From: Lingula anatina
Taxonomy: Eukaryota > Animalia > Brachiopoda
Reading direction: 5' to 3'
NCBI GenBank assembly: GCA_051362555.1
Contig: CM120642.1
Span: forward strand, 33,790,001-33,854,000
Length of the DNA stretch: 64,000 nt
Positions 49,494 through 64,000 of the stretch are shown piece by piece (the first letter of the stretch is position 1; each line of letters opens with the position of its first letter). Position numbers and translations under genes: made by a program. Below the pieces are notes generated by a model. The model worked only from the letters and a program-made list of their open reading frames with translations, searched no databases and was not told the DNA's origin.

Positions 49494-52400
49494 AGGACCA
49501 GCATGGGCTATCTTCATCATCATTTTATTAACATCAACATCCCATCACGTCGTCTCCTTCAGCAGATTTGAGAACTATTCAGCAGTTTATGGAGTTGCAT
49601 GCAAGGGTTGGGGAAGAGATAAGAGTAATGGAGATGAGCTGGTGATTTGTGGATAGCAGTGTTCTTAGGACAGGGTCAGAAAGGGCATCTGTCTTCTAGA
49701 TCTGTCCTCTTCATGTATCATAACTTAGTCATATACCTGATGTCAGAGGAGAGGTGTACATGCAAGTGTGCGTGTGCCCACATGTAAGTGTGTGTGTGCT
49801 TGAGAGAGCGAGTGAGACAGGGTAAGATATGGCACCTGTCTTCTGTATCCATCTTATTCATATATTATAACTTATTCATATATATGATGTCTGAGGAGAG
49901 TTATGGATGTGTGTGTGTGTGTGTGTGTGTGCGTGCGCGTAAATGTATGTGTGTGCATAAGTGAGTTTACAAGCAAGTGAGAGAATAGTGGGTTCACAAG
50001 TCTGACATGCCCTCCCTTGTACATATTTTGTGTTCAAAACTTTAAATTTTGTTTCATTTTTGATAATATTCAAGAAATAAAGGCACTTAAAAGAGATGAC
50101 AAAAAAATACAACCAACTGTATAACAGTATAGATCTGACACCATAGCATGCAGGAATGTAACGGGGGTGGAGGGGGGGAGCAGGTAAATAGAAAACTCCA
50201 TTATCTCCATGCTGTTCATAAGTTATGGAATATATGGAATATATGTCTGTAGTCATAGCACACCCAGTCCAGATCTTCATAAATCATCATAAAACATGTA
50301 TTGATACAACAATCACCATCAGAGCAATCTACAGATTGATTTAACACACCTGTGCTCAAACATGCTTTATAACTATGAAATCTCCACCTTCTACAAGTGT
50401 TAGAATCCCACACCAGTCCCTCAGAAAACAAAGGGCAGTATAAGTAGACCCCAGCAGTGGTCATTAGCTGGTCTATACAGTGATATTACAGCACATAGTG
50501 ACTATATACCAGGTAATCCACATAGTTCTCACTGCAGCTTTGTTTTATAGCAGGCCATATATCAGTGGTTGATACAGGTGGAGCTGAGGACTGTTAAGAG
50601 CCAGACTGGAATGTGAAGTGGACATGAGTTAACTAGGGATTGGCCCTAAACCAGATCTGGTCAGTTTTGGCCTCTTTGTCTGGACAATCACTTTATTGCT
50701 TTTTTTTTTTTTTTTTCAAAAGGAGAGGGGAGGGGTCACAATTGTTGGCAAACTGCACATTTCGGGTCTTTTGATTGTTCACAGAAACTTGGTTTTCATT
50801 ATCTACTATAAGTTTTCAAAAAATGTTAGAAGCATATCTCTGCTTTATAGTCAGCAGATTTACAACACCTGCCAACTCTAATGAAAAAAATACACGAAAA
50901 GATGGAAAATTTTGATAAGCAGCAAGTTGGAGAAAGGTGAGAAAGGATATGGAAAACACTAAAATAAAACATCTGCATATATGGTCATTGACTTTTCCTT
51001 GCACGTCCCATTAAAACATTTTAAACCCCCATTAAGATCTGCTGTTGGAAGGAAATGTCTAACAAGCCAGGCTTGGACAGAGTACCTGGCCATTGTTTCT
51101 GATCACTTTAAGCTTACTTCAATAGCGCCTGTGCCGTCTGCTGTGAAATTCATGCAGGAATTTTGCTCCATAGAGTGTAAATTGAATGGAAATGAACTGC
51201 CTACTGCATCACCACTAGCTAGTTAGCTGTACTCAGTTGCTTTATGCATAGACGGAATGCAAGATTGCTGATTAATGTTTTTATCATAAAAAGCACAATT
51301 GATTTCTTTGTGAAGGATAATTGGGCGTCAGTGAGTTAGTAAGGCAGTCGCTCAGTGTTGAGGTTTCCTGTGTATTGTTGCCAAATATAACAATTATGAC
51401 AGTTATGGCTGTGGGGATTATAACAAAAAATCTTCCAGTCTATTGTGTTGTTTGATTGTGTTGCTAGTTACAATGTCTTTATGATAGACATGTGACACGG
51501 GTTAGACCAACTACAGAAGCTGAAACAAAAACTGAATGCCAGTGAAAGAACCATGCTGCTTTTCTTAATTTTCCAATTTAAACTAAAACTGATAGTAGAA
51601 AAATGGGGTATAAAAATTTAAAATAGTGACTCTGCTTCAACTCTTGATGGTATCTGGTAGGAGGTTAAATATAGGAGGTAATTTTAGGGTGAGATAGGAT
51701 CTTTAGCATGGTGTTTGACTGTGTGACTAATGCAAAAAGGTGTAGGGGGGGTTATCTCGCTGTGAGCAACTAAAAAAAGAAATAGTGACTGTGTTAATGA
51801 CATGTCCTTCTTGTGAGATGTGTAATTTTAGAAGTGGTCAGTTGTAGTTGTAGCCATGGGTCAGTACTATCTGGTCCTGAGATCTGGAGACAGTGATGTA
51901 TAGGAACCAGATACAAGATCACACCTCATCATCAACAGTGGCTTGTCAATGTTCACCTCACTGTAGTATTGTGCCAGTCTGCTTCTGGTGCTAGAGATGA
52001 AAAGAAAATACACCCTAAATTGTCTTACAAATTAAGAATTGGAAGATCAGCAGTGGTGGATGGTTAAGATTGGGGGAGGGATATTCCCTTGGGGCGGGCC
52101 GGGGGGTATGTAACCCAGCCCTCTGCTCACCCAGTCTTGATTTATTCTGATGTGTCCAGGAGATGGTTATTATAAAATATCATATCACACTAAGCAATCT
52201 GTTGATATCTTTGCCCACTTGTTATATTGTTCTCAAACTTTATGATACATAGCCATTTTCAGAACTACAGATAGTGGATATATATATATATATATATATA
52301 CACAATAGATGTGAGTTGATTGCATGATTCTATGGTGAAGATTCAGTATGGTGTATTGTAATCAGCTTTCTCATACTGTCTGTACTGGGGGGGGGGGGGG

Positions 52401-55400
52401 GGGGTTGACATGTGGGGAAGGATTAGAGAACTTGGGTAGGGTGGACAGATAGGATCCAACCACCCACCTTCAGTGCCGATAAAGAGATAGAGGATAGCTG
52501 TGGGTGATTGCATTGGCCTGCTGGCTTGATTGTATCTTGACTGCTGCTTTGCCCTACCTGGAATGAGAAGTTCAACCCGGAGTGAGAATTGTGTACAATT
52601 TGTTCATTCATAATTTGATTTAGGTCTTGCCTCCAGTCTCTCTGGAGAAACCACCTTCCTGTACCCAAACATGGGAATAAGTCTTGGAGCAGACTGAAGT
52701 ATTTGAGCTTCAGGAGGTGCAACCTGGAGATTTTTTTAATTTGTTTAATTTTTCATCATCAGCAGTTTCAAATTTCTTTTCTTTTTTTGATCTGGCACCC
52801 ATCAAAGTGATGTAGACATCTGCCAGCCAGACTTGAACTTGAAATCCTTCTCTTCCCTTTTTACTGTCAAATTTCAGTCAAAATCAACTGATTTAGTTCA
52901 TTTGCACTGGAAGACAACCTTTTTCTGGTTTACAGAGAAAAACCTGAAGACAAACCCATGCAGGGAGGTGATACTTCTCAGTGTTATCAAGTTCAGAGGA
53001 TTGTAAAGTTCTTCTGTACTTGCGTTAGGTTTAATACTCAATCTGACGACATAATAAAGGGCACAAGGAAATAAGGAAGGGAAAGGGAAGTCTTCGGGGA
53101 TTATCTTGTCAGAAAAAAAATAGGAGCAAAAGTTGCTTTGCACTTGAAAGAGATATCAAACTTTTGCATGCAGAGAGTCAAAGCTAAGAGGGTGGCCAGT
53201 GAGCATCCTTGGTTATTCTGCCAAAAATACTGGCTTAGTCCATTTGTACTTAGTGTATTGCAGTTCGATCAGCTGGGATAACTTGCCAGAAACCAGCCAG
53301 TGTGTACATGTATCTTGCAGAGAGAGACTATGGGAGTTCTGAGTACAAAACAAGAACTGAATCATTTCTATGTAAAATGTACTTCTTCCCCCGAGAGACT
53401 GGCAGGAAAAGCAGCATCTTATGGAGCACAGCAAGTCAAGTTATCTGGTACAAAAACTAGCAGAGATTGTGACTGAGTAAACTGTGTCTCTCTCCCAGGG
53501 TTTTATAAAGAGGAGGGCGAGTGTCTTGCAGTGAAAGGTGCTGTGAGTTCCTCTATAATACTTTGCACAAGTAGAAACATGGTGATAATTTCTGGGGAGA
53601 TTGAGCTGATATTAATGTACTGAGCAGGAACATGTGCACTATGAGAACATGGTGAATAGGAACCAGAGGAGATGAGCAGTTAGACCTGCTTTGATACAAT
53701 ACTGGATCTGATTAATACTGGATCTGATTAAAATCATCTTGTAGTTCATCTTGGTTTCTCTCAATAACATAGTCCACTGCTAGCCTCCTAGATTTTTTGT
53801 TAAATTTTCCTTTGAGTTAAACACTCAAGTTATGTTAACACTACTAGTATTAGCATTATATTATAGAGTCAAAGATACCAGTAAAAACGGGGCCCTAATG
53901 GAGATCAGCCACAGCTGAGATTTGGATCATACTGAGTAATTAATGTACTTAACCTTAGGCTGGCTCTCACAGCCTTCCTATGTAGTTAGTGCAGTAAAGA
54001 TAACAAGAATTAATGTACTGAGGACCAGGTGTACTTAGTCTGACTAGAACTACAGCAGCATACACTACCTGACAGACCTGGGGAATAGAATCAGCTGGTT
54101 TACCCTTCATCTTATCCCTTTTTGATGTGCTAAATCAAATGTGATTATACTTAGAGCCCATATACTCCCCCCCCCCCCCCCCCCCCCCCCCCACCACACA
54201 CACACACACACACACAAACATGTGCATTTCTCAGATGATTTTACTTCCAAAATAAACTGGTTTTAAATTAGGTTCATCCACACTCCCAGATTTTTTTCAT
54301 TTACAAGAAGAAAATCAAAGTCTGTAAGTTGTCTTTTCTACCTTATGGTCAAATAAGTAAAATACCAAACCTTAACATGAGGATGTTATCAGTGAGTAAA
54401 TTAAAGAGAAAAGTTATGAGGAAAAAGTTTGTAAGGAATCTGCTTTACATTGTGGGGAAATCAGGGTATGGTGAGAATGTCATTGTTTTAGTAACGTTAA
54501 ATCTCAACAAGTTAGTTTATATGACTTAGTGATAAGAGCCACATGACAACAGATAAAGACTCACCAGAGAATTTGACAGTTGCTGAGACTGAAAATGATC
54601 ACATTTGAGATATTTTCAATTATTACATGAATTTCTTTAATTGATTGAAATAAAACTTCTGCTGTGTTTTAAATTGATGGAGTGATAAATGGGAAAGGAT
54701 CCTCCCCAAGGTTTGTTAGATGTAGACAAGTTGTGTTGTAATATGGGGTCACTGAATATGACATGAAATACTTCAATCAGTTAAAATGCCAGGTGTACAG
54801 GGTTATGGTTTCAGAGTACAGATAGTTAATATGGAAACACACCGGTACTTCAGCATAACATAGATATATATGTAATGATCGACAGATCTCCATAGTTAAG
54901 ATGTAAGAGATAAACTACCCAGGGTAGTTCACACTGAGTTCAATGAGCTCACTATCTTGTATCAGAACACTGACATTTATAAAGTATTTAATTAGCAAGT
55001 TAACTGGAACTGGTAAAGTTTCTGTAAGAGGAATGCTGCCAATTTCATTTCATAGACTTGATGGTGGGGGGGGGGGGGGGGGGGGGGGTTTATTTCATTC
55101 TCCCAGTATAACTGTCAGTGTGACCTATGTGATATGATGTGATCTATGAAGGTGGCTGTGTCAACATGGCAGTAGTAATCTGGTGGTGTGAATTGGGTCT
55201 GATATACTGTGGTATTTTGTGCTGATAGACTCATCTTCTATGTCATAACTGTCAGCAAGATTGGAAGAATTTGAAGATAGATAAGAACTGAGGTGACATC
55301 TACTATCATGTACACGTGACACTGACATAAGTTATTAAAGAACACAGATAAATAATAACTGTAGTGATAACTTCAGATATGAAACTGGCCTACTATTACA

Positions 55401-58400
55401 AAAATGTCTGCATTACATATGGGTCCGTACTACTAACAGAAGCTAAAATTGACCTAACTGCAGTATGAATTGAAAATTTACATATCCAGAAGAAAGTTCA
55501 TGTTTATGGATACTTAAACAATTTATACATTTCATTCATCAAGTTCAAGAAATGTGTGGACGGCACAGCAATGTGGGTGGCTGGGGGGGGGGGGGGGCAG
55601 CGCAGGCAAGATGGCTGCCTTGAAGCGATAAAGACATACTTATAGATGGAATGTCCATTTATCAGGTTTGTCCATATATCAACTGATATGAGTAAGTTGA
55701 AGTGTAGTCACAACTTGACACTATTTACTGCCATACAACTGATAGCAGACAAACATGGGTAATTTCCTACCTGTACAGTATCATTCTGCTTAATGCTGTT
55801 TGTTCCCAGTGATGTTGATAAAGAGATAACAAGCAGGTGTTGTTGTAGAGAATTATTTACACCAGTATTATGTTCTGATAAGAAATAAACAGATGCAGTA
55901 AAGGCAGAATTGTTCTAAACTTAGTGCAATAAGCAGGGCTGGGCTAGGTGATCCAAGATTTTATGGGAATATTTTTATTGCTTTGACTTGTTTAGTATGA
56001 TATACAGGAGTTCAGTTATAAAGAAAATTATCTTGATATCAAGGAGGAATGAGTTCTTTTGATGAAATAGAAAATAATATCTTCTCTAATATCTTCTCTT
56101 TTTATCTGAGTCGTCGTCTTTGTTATCAGGCAGTGGTAAAGAGGTACTTGTCCAGTATCATTTCAACTTAATGGGAAGTTATAGGAAGCAGCATCAAAGA
56201 CTGTTGATCATCTTCACTTTTATTACAGCTCCCTGTAGACGCTGACTTGTCTTTTAATTGAATCTGTTCCCATTGAGACAAACCAGCCGAGGTCGAGCTG
56301 GGAGCCATGCAGGGTGACAAATGACACATAAGTCATCATTGTTTTCACATTAGGTGAAGTGGCTCAGCATACTAATGTTTGACTCATCTTGGGTCAGTGA
56401 GGCAGGTGCTTGTGCCACTACTGGGGGGACATTATCAACCTGCAGGGCCAGGAACATGGATTGTGTAAGGAGAAGGTGTGGAATTCTTGTCTAGGGCATG
56501 ATCTTGTCATGTAGATGACCCTGAGGGTTATGGTAATGAGCCTCGAGTCCCTACTGGGTTGATAGCAGTCACGGTCTCCTGATCAAACAGAGAGGTTGAA
56601 AGCTTACCTCTCACCTGACTCCCATATCTCCATAATTTGCTTGTTCTCTTTTATTTCTCTCTCTGATTTTAATTTGACCACAGAAAGTTTATACAAGTGG
56701 TTTAGGATTGTAGCAGGGAGAGATGAGAGATAGTGATAGAGGGCTTGGGCTCTTAGAATTTAAATAGTTTGTTGGTTAGGAATGCCATTTTGTGATGAGA
56801 TAAGGAAAATAATAATTTATGTTCCAACAGTAGAATAGAATAGGAAAATAAGAAGAATTTCCATTTCTCTTGCCCCTAGCACTGTGTGGTACTGGCCTTT
56901 AGTTTGTTATTAACCAAATATTTGCTGAAAGAAATTATATTTTTCACATGCATGGTGCTTAAAAATTATAGTGCAGTTGCTTGTTTGACATGCATATTTG
57001 CTAAGTTTCATTTTCATGGTTGAAATTCCATATTTTGATTGTCCTGCTTGTTCCTCAATTCAACTCTAATCCATAAAGGAACAGCAAATTAAAGAAATAT
57101 GAGTGTTAGAAATACAGGAAACAATTCCTGTGACACGTTTCTCAACTTGGGAAGCCTTGCCCTCTCCGCTAGATCAAAGACCTTCTCATATTTTTGCACT
57201 AAAAACTAAAGGATGTGATATGCCCCGGACCGGCTCTCACTTCTCTTTGATAATAGCGGAGTTAGAAAGGTGCACCATGCACTGGACAAAAGTGGGTGTT
57301 GCCAGTTGTGTTTTTGATTTCAGCGGTAACTAAGTGTTGTAAGCTCAGGAATTCATACTACCAGGGAACAATGAAGTCTGTTTGGCTGTACACAGATGGA
57401 TTCCCATGGTTGTTGTCATGACAACTTGTGCCACATTTTGGGGGGTTTTTTCTCCCATTTGGATCATAGGCTTTGTGTTGTTAGAAATTATGCAATAGTT
57501 GTAACAGTTGGTTGAAGAAAGTATTTGTTTTAAATGTCAAATAAGAAGATATTCAGTGCCTTAAATTTTGAAATATTAGGTAATTTGGAATGCCACTTGA
57601 AATTTGACTGGATTTCTTGTTGCTTTTCCATAATGCCATTTAGTTAAAATCATTGTGTTCCCCTGTGTTCTCTTCACACAAAGTAACAGAGACTTACAGT
57701 CACTAAAATACTTAATTAACTTGTCCCTGTCACCTGTATTGACATTTCTGCTGGTCTGGGATTAAATGAAAACTGTCATCTAAGTACCACAACCTGCTAC
57801 TGTCACAACCAGACTGCTGCGTGTCACCAGACAATGGCGTACTTATTGCACACAAAGCCTAATAATGAAGGCGCGTAATCCTGAAATTGTAACACAGTAA
57901 TTCCTGGGTGTCATGTATCCCTTGTCCACAGACCACAGACATTGATAGTGTGAGGAGGAGTAATAGACCAGATTCCAGTGATTGTTGACTGAAGTGATAG
58001 CGGTCACCGGGTCCAAAAAGGGGACCAGTTGAACTGATACAATGACCACTATGGATCCCTCTCCCGGGACAGTTATTACTGCATTTTTTGCCAGCAGGAA
58101 ATTCTTTATTCAGCACTGTTCAATTTTATGGTTTGGTGATAAATACAGACAATAAATACCTGACATAGTTCGTAGTTAGTCAGCCTCTTTTTGTTCAAAC
58201 ATGCAGGTTAGGTTTGACAGCTGTAGTACTAGTATGTGGGTGTCTTGATATGATTAGTAATAGTAAATATGTCACCTGATCAAGAATATATTGAGCAATA
58301 TTAGCTTTATGAACAGCACATTCTTAGTGTCTCATTTTGTTAATGGAGTTTAAAATGATAAATGAATGTTTTTATACAGTTACAATTATAAAGAATATGG

Positions 58401-59530
58401 CTTCGATGCACATGTGTTAGTGAAGGTGAAAAAAAAATGAAGGTATACTAACATTTAAGATTTTCTCAGGAAAGTTGGGAAGAATAAAAAATTTTGATCT
58501 GTTTCCTCCAGGTGAGCAAAGTGGTCAGTCTGTACGCCCAATGGCAGATTGTTTCAAAAAGGTCATCAGGTTGGAGAAGTAACATTCTATCACTTTCTTT
58601 TAACTGTTTTCTGTACAGCTACTCTAGATACTCCCAAGCTCTAGGCTCAGACAGTCTTAACTAGGGTCCTCAGTACAGCTTAGTGTACCTTCTTCAGACT
58701 TCTACACCACCTCAGTATAGTAAAGATGACCCATTGTGTCGCCCCATCTGCTCTTAACTGTACCAGGCATTGTGGACCATAATTAGAATTTTGTTGTACA
58801 CGTCTTATGAGGCTGGTCTTGGAGTTAGTGACAAAGACTCAGGTGTAGTTAATCTCCTTGGTAACACCCAGGTAACAACAAGTCTGTACTACCTGGACAG
58901 TGGTATCACACCTGCTAGAATACACAGGTGATTTTGCCTGAAGACAGCTGACACAGGAGGATAATGATAAGAAATCAAAAGAAAATTGAAATAAAAGTTT
59001 CTTGGTCATTTGCTGTGATCATATGGTCTCCAGCCCAGCCCTAGTCCACCTGAATGAATAGTACACAGCTTGTAGGCAGACCTTAATGAATTTTAATTTT
59101 TAGTGGATTGATGACATCAGACAGAATATTTCAGGATCGGTTTCATATTTGCCAGTGTAAACTCGCCCCAGACCCTGTCACACCTGTCATTTAACTTATC
59201 AACTTCTTACTCAGATGATGTCATTAGAGCCTAAGATCCCTTAATACTAGGAGAAGTATTTAAAAGGGTTTAAGTGTCAGATGGCTTATGATTTCACAAA
59301 GAGAATGTAATAACACTGTTTATTGAAATGTTATTCACTATTGATGGTGAAATTCTTATGTGCTTTTTATTCTTACATGAGTTTGGTTTTTATAAATTTG
59401 GAGTTCTTAAGAATTGATATTGCATGATATTATATGATATATATTCTCTGCTGTAGCTGTACTGACAAGTCTTATCTTGGATGCTTTTATATATTTTTTG
59501 TTTATCTGTTTTAACTTTAATATTTTGCAG

Positions 59531-59717
59531 GTGTCAGCATCTGATCCTGACTGTGGCGTGAATGCTCAGGTGACGTACTTGATAGCGACCAGCCTGGGGT
59601 TTCAGCATCCTGGTGATTTGGACATACAAAATGGCACTGGAAAGATCTGTATCACGCGGCAACTGGACTTTGAGAGGAAGAGCTCCTACGAATTTCCCGT
59701 CATGGCGCAGGACCTGG
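59531..59717 (+). CDS. DCHS1: Dachsous exon 2
   Basis: Acceptor ttttgcag; VSASDPDCGVNAQVTY (Dachsous-typical DPDCGVNA)...LDFERKSSYEFPVMAQDL; donor GTAAGG; in phase with exon 1. Confidence 0.88.
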
Positions 59718-62500
59718 GTAAGGCTCTTTAAGAGTAATCATCTGTGAAGTTTTGAGATATTTTAAGTGTTTTCAAAAGGTTTGATTTGAGTTTTTTGTTT
59801 GGTTTGAGGACCTCTTGAAGGTCATCTTCGACTCAAGTTTTCCCAGATTGTTCTCTGAGAGTCACTTTACTATGCACATGTCAGTTCTTTAGAAACACAA
59901 TACCAATTGTTTCCATATAGGTTTGGTTAAGGTAACCACTGCAAAGATAATAAGTGGCTTGGCACTTTCTACCAAGGCTTCAACTGTTTCAGGGACTTGT
60001 GTACTAGAAAAAAAAACATCCTAACCCTGACATTTGTTGTGCAATATGAGAAATGGAATTAATACGTCTATCTGTATCAGGGTGCGATGATTGCGCAAAA
60101 CATTTGTTAGGTTTCCAATACAAAACCAGAAGTCCCACTTTTTGCCTCAGCTCAGGTGAATGGATGCACCTCTCAGTTTATCGAGTTTTATAGCTTTTTG
60201 AAACGATATATTAAATTGTTTAAAAATTAGAGATGATTGATTGGCTCCGCCTGTCGTCCGCCATTGTTCAGTGCGTTTTAGAGAATCCCTGATGTGAGGA
60301 CCAATTTTTCAGATGCTGTCATGTTTTTAAGAGAATTAAAAAGTGCAAGATTATTTAACTTTGTATGAAAAATTCATATCACATAATACATTCAGGAAAA
60401 ATATAATAATGTTATTTAATACTGCCTTTTTGTTCAGATTTGGGAGCTTTTTTCATTCACTGTATTTCCCACTGAGACTTTTGTAAGTAATAGGGCTTTG
60501 CACAGAATACCTATATTATAGATATATATTTCACAAGTATGAATCAGCAAATTTTATTGCCTTCAGAATGAAATTGATAAGTCTGACTTTGGATGAAGTT
60601 TTGCTCTGCTTAGTGAAGAACACATTTGAGTAATGACAATCTCTCATGAGAATTTGCAACAACAATACAACAAGCGGCAGTTTCGGTGATGAAATGCGGT
60701 AACAACAATCCTGGCGGCGTTATCCGAGCTTTCCCACCTGCTGATTTCACGAGTCCCTGTGGAGGAACCCCCGCTAGGGAAACTGTCTCAGGACCCGACA
60801 CAAAAGATCTCCTCATCAGATCCTTACACAACACCCAAAACTTGTCCCTGCCAAGGTCACGCAAATACATTATTCTGTTTTAGCCAGGAGATTAGGACAC
60901 ACTGACAAAACTTAAAACCTACATCTTTTATGTTATGTGGCCACAGACAAGGATCTGAAGGCTTTGGCAGGCATTTTAAATACTATAATGATATAAACCT
61001 TGGCAGACATGTTACTTACACTCTGAATATTCATATCATAGCATAAACCAAGTATGCTGTGGTTATTCTCTTCTGTACAACATGCAGTCATATTCCACTT
61101 TTGAAATCATATACTAACCCCCCATGTATAATGATTATGTAAATCTGCATGTTTTTCTCAAAATGGATTCAAGTAAAATTTCTCTCTTTGCATGTCAGGC
61201 TTGACTTTCTCTTGTTTAACCTTTGCAATGTCATCATTGACCTTGAGGAACAGGTCAACAGAACTGTCTCACTTGGTATGCGGAACAGAAGTGTTCCCTG
61301 CTCTGAGACTTGGCTGTGTTTGTTTGTATGCATGTAAAGCACCTTAGACCTAGTTTGAGAGAGTCATATCAAAATCTTACTATATGGACTATATATGTAC
61401 CCGGCTGATGAATTATTTTGCTCAGTTGGATCTTGTTAATTGATAATGACTTATTCTGAAATGCAGCCTTCACCATCTTCCCTATTGTAATAACAAGTCT
61501 GGAGAATAATGGTCTGTTTAACTCACAAAATAACAGTTCAAACAAAAGTTGTCTGGATTTGTTATTCAGGATGTGGAAAAATTAGATTCTACACACGTTT
61601 TTGCTGACTTTCAAGGAGCAGGTGGGGTTTATATGTTTAAAAGAAACCACAGGTACTCCAGCAAATAGCTGCTAGGTTTGGCCGTGTTGGTGGAAGTCTA
61701 TGCAAGCAGACAATACATTAATCCGTTTCTTTTCTGCCAATTTAATCACCCCCCTAGGGGTATGAACATGGCTAATAAACTGAGGTAGAATTCAAACTCT
61801 GCTAGCGTGTGTATCAACAGATGTCAGCTAGTTCGTCTACACCATGAAAAAGAAGGTGAAGCCACAAAATTACTGCTACATTCAGATCACTGACACTTGG
61901 CGAACTTTCCTCCCATTTATTTGTGAAACAGGCCTGAAATTGAAAAGAAATTGACAATTTATTATGAAAACGTAGCTGTGACACAGTTTTCTGTTCTGTA
62001 TAATACATTCGTCACAGACAGTGTGTCTGAGATATGTTCAATGCTAGTGACCTTGGAGCTGGCAGAGAATACTGCAAAGAGAAAAGTATTTGCTTTTTAT
62101 GCCTTAGTTTACATTATTTCCATTTCCCTGTTTAAAATACTGTGATATTTTATCAGAAACCACTGCATTCCAATGAAGAATAGTAAAATTTTTTACATAT
62201 AACTTTGACCCAAATATGCAAATGTTTAAAAATATAATCATTGTTAGGTGAATTAAAAAGCATGATGAAAGAATATTAATATATTGTATAATCTGTTCAG
62301 ACACAACTCATTTGGCTGAAAATAGATCCAACTGTGGTTATCTGGTGTTATCAAGTTTTTGGTCAAAGTCCAGTCCAAAATCTTTCCTAATGTGAACACG
62401 GCTATACAGTAAAGTCAGTAGGTCAGTTGGAATTTGAAATATTTTATGAAGGAAATGTTCCTGACATACTGCTAGTTATCATATGTCTTTGTTTCTGTAG

Positions 62501-62731
62501 ATGGACTGCAGACTACAGCTATGGTCAAAGTGACCATCATTGACGTGAACGACAACCGTCCGGTGTTTTACCCACAGGTGTACCATAAGAATGTGGAGGA
62601 GGACAGCGCCATTGGTACCACTGTGGTACTGGTGACGGCGCAGGACAGGGATTCCGGCAGCTTTGGCACCATCACCTATAGTATTGTGGGTGGGAATGAA
62701 CAGGGGTACTTTACCATTGGAAGAGACTCAG
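62501..62731 (+). CDS. DCHS1: Dachsous exon 3
   Basis: Acceptor tctgtag; DGLQTTAMVKVTIIDVNDNRPVFYP...TIGRDS; donor GTGAGC. Confidence 0.88.
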
Positions 62732-62879
62732 GTGAGCAGAAGGCTGGGCTCCATAACTCGAAATAATTGCGATAGCAATATCACCTTTCATTGATTAATA
62801 ATTGTTGAAATGGCAATGATTTCTGTATCTTTTTCACCTTTAAGAAAAAACTTAACTTTATCGTCACTATTTCCACCAG

Positions 62880-63116
62880 GTATTGTCACTGTGCAGAGAA
62901 GTCTGGGAAGTCGGGTTGGAATCTTCAATCTTCGCGTCCAGGCTCAAGATGGCGGTGGCTTGCAATCGGAACAGACTGCCAACATTACTGTCAGCGTAGT
63001 GGACTCTCAGCAGGCACCCCCTGTGTTCAGCAGACCATTGTATAGTTTCCGTATCAGTGAAGATGTCGTCCCACAGACACCTGTTGGTACTGTACAGGCC
63101 AGTAATACTAATCCAG
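62880..63116 (+). CDS. DCHS1: Dachsous exon 4 (gene continues beyond the window end)
   Basis: Acceptor ccaccag; GIVTVQR...AQDGGGLQS...PPVFSRPLYSFRISED; donor GTAGGT at 63117. Confidence 0.85.
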
Positions 63117-64000
63117 GTAGGTCCACTCAGGCTTGGGTGACAGTTCAGATGAATTTCTTATGGGGGAAACCAGAGATTTATAATATTTAAAGCATATTAC
63201 TGGTGGTACAGTGTTGTTATTGAGCGCTTGAATGCTTGTGTGTTCTTAAATGGGAGCCAATTTTGAACACTCAGATGCAAGTGTATGTACACATATACAC
63301 ACATACATGCAGTGAGAGAGAGACTTTTATTCTCTTACTAACATACAATAATGACAAAAATCATTTTTAAGGATCTAGTACTGAGTTGTCTTTAAAAAAA
63401 ATGATTATGAGAAAGTGGTTTTAGAGCTGGTTTTCTCGTGTAACCCTTAAGAACATAAGACACCAGTTGTTGAGCAGTGCGCTAGGTCCCCTTGCCCCTG
63501 GGGTTTGTAGAGAAGCAATGACGCAAGTGGTAATATCCTGAGGGTATATTTCAGTTGGGTGGCCCATTTACTCATGGCTGCAAATTTGCTAATGCCACAG
63601 AACAATTTGTCATCATAATTTGTTGAATAAGTCTCCTGCACGTTTCAGAGATTTGGTTATTTATGTTTTCTGCTCTTTCCCAAGCTTTGCTTTTCCACTT
63701 CTGCTTCACAAGAATCAAGACAAACAGAAGAGTGGTAGAATGAATTTTATTTGACCTTTCCACATACAACAATTACTGTATATCCATGGTTAGCCAACTG
63801 CCTGCTAACGTAGAAAAACATTGACTCACTGTGAGTTGGTTTGATGTGGGCAATCCTACAAACATGTACTAAACTTTTTTACAAGAAAATAACATGTGTC
63901 GGTGCTTGTAAATTTAGAAGTCAATGATGTAAGTCAGCGTGGTTAACGTAATTAATGGCCACAGACTGAATGCCAGGCAACATGGCCACAACACAAGTTT

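Noticed and set aside
48890-49656. Repeated 77-aa ORFs and CRISPR-like periodicity
   Set aside because: Contiguous 88-bp tandem units with no unique spacers, no cas genes, and a eukaryotic context.

Overview
Eukaryotic, AT-rich, intron-containing invertebrate DNA; it looks lophotrochozoan or mollusc-like, which is an inference from composition and repeat types. The window holds five genes. (1) The first coding exon of PRMT9 (- strand). (2) Head-to-head with it, a three-exon NDUFC2 (complex I B14.5b) gene that the ORF track misses and that has a C-terminal extension. (3-4) Two tandem 10-exon TMEM144 paralogues on the - strand: the downstream copy has a Thr-rich mucin-like N-terminal repeat, and the upstream copy has a pair of apparently mutually exclusive exons 5a/5b. 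(5) The 5' part of a Dachsous protocadherin (+ strand) with a 27.7-kb first intron. The introns contain nested DNA-transposon relics (Tc1/mariner, hAT, a PIF/Harbinger palindromic MITE in two copies, and a young foldback element with ~430-bp TIRs and a 9-bp TSD) and several minisatellites. No tRNA, rRNA or CRISPR array was found. Gene models were built by hand from GT-AG junctions and phase checks; family assignments are from recalled homologues, not database searches.
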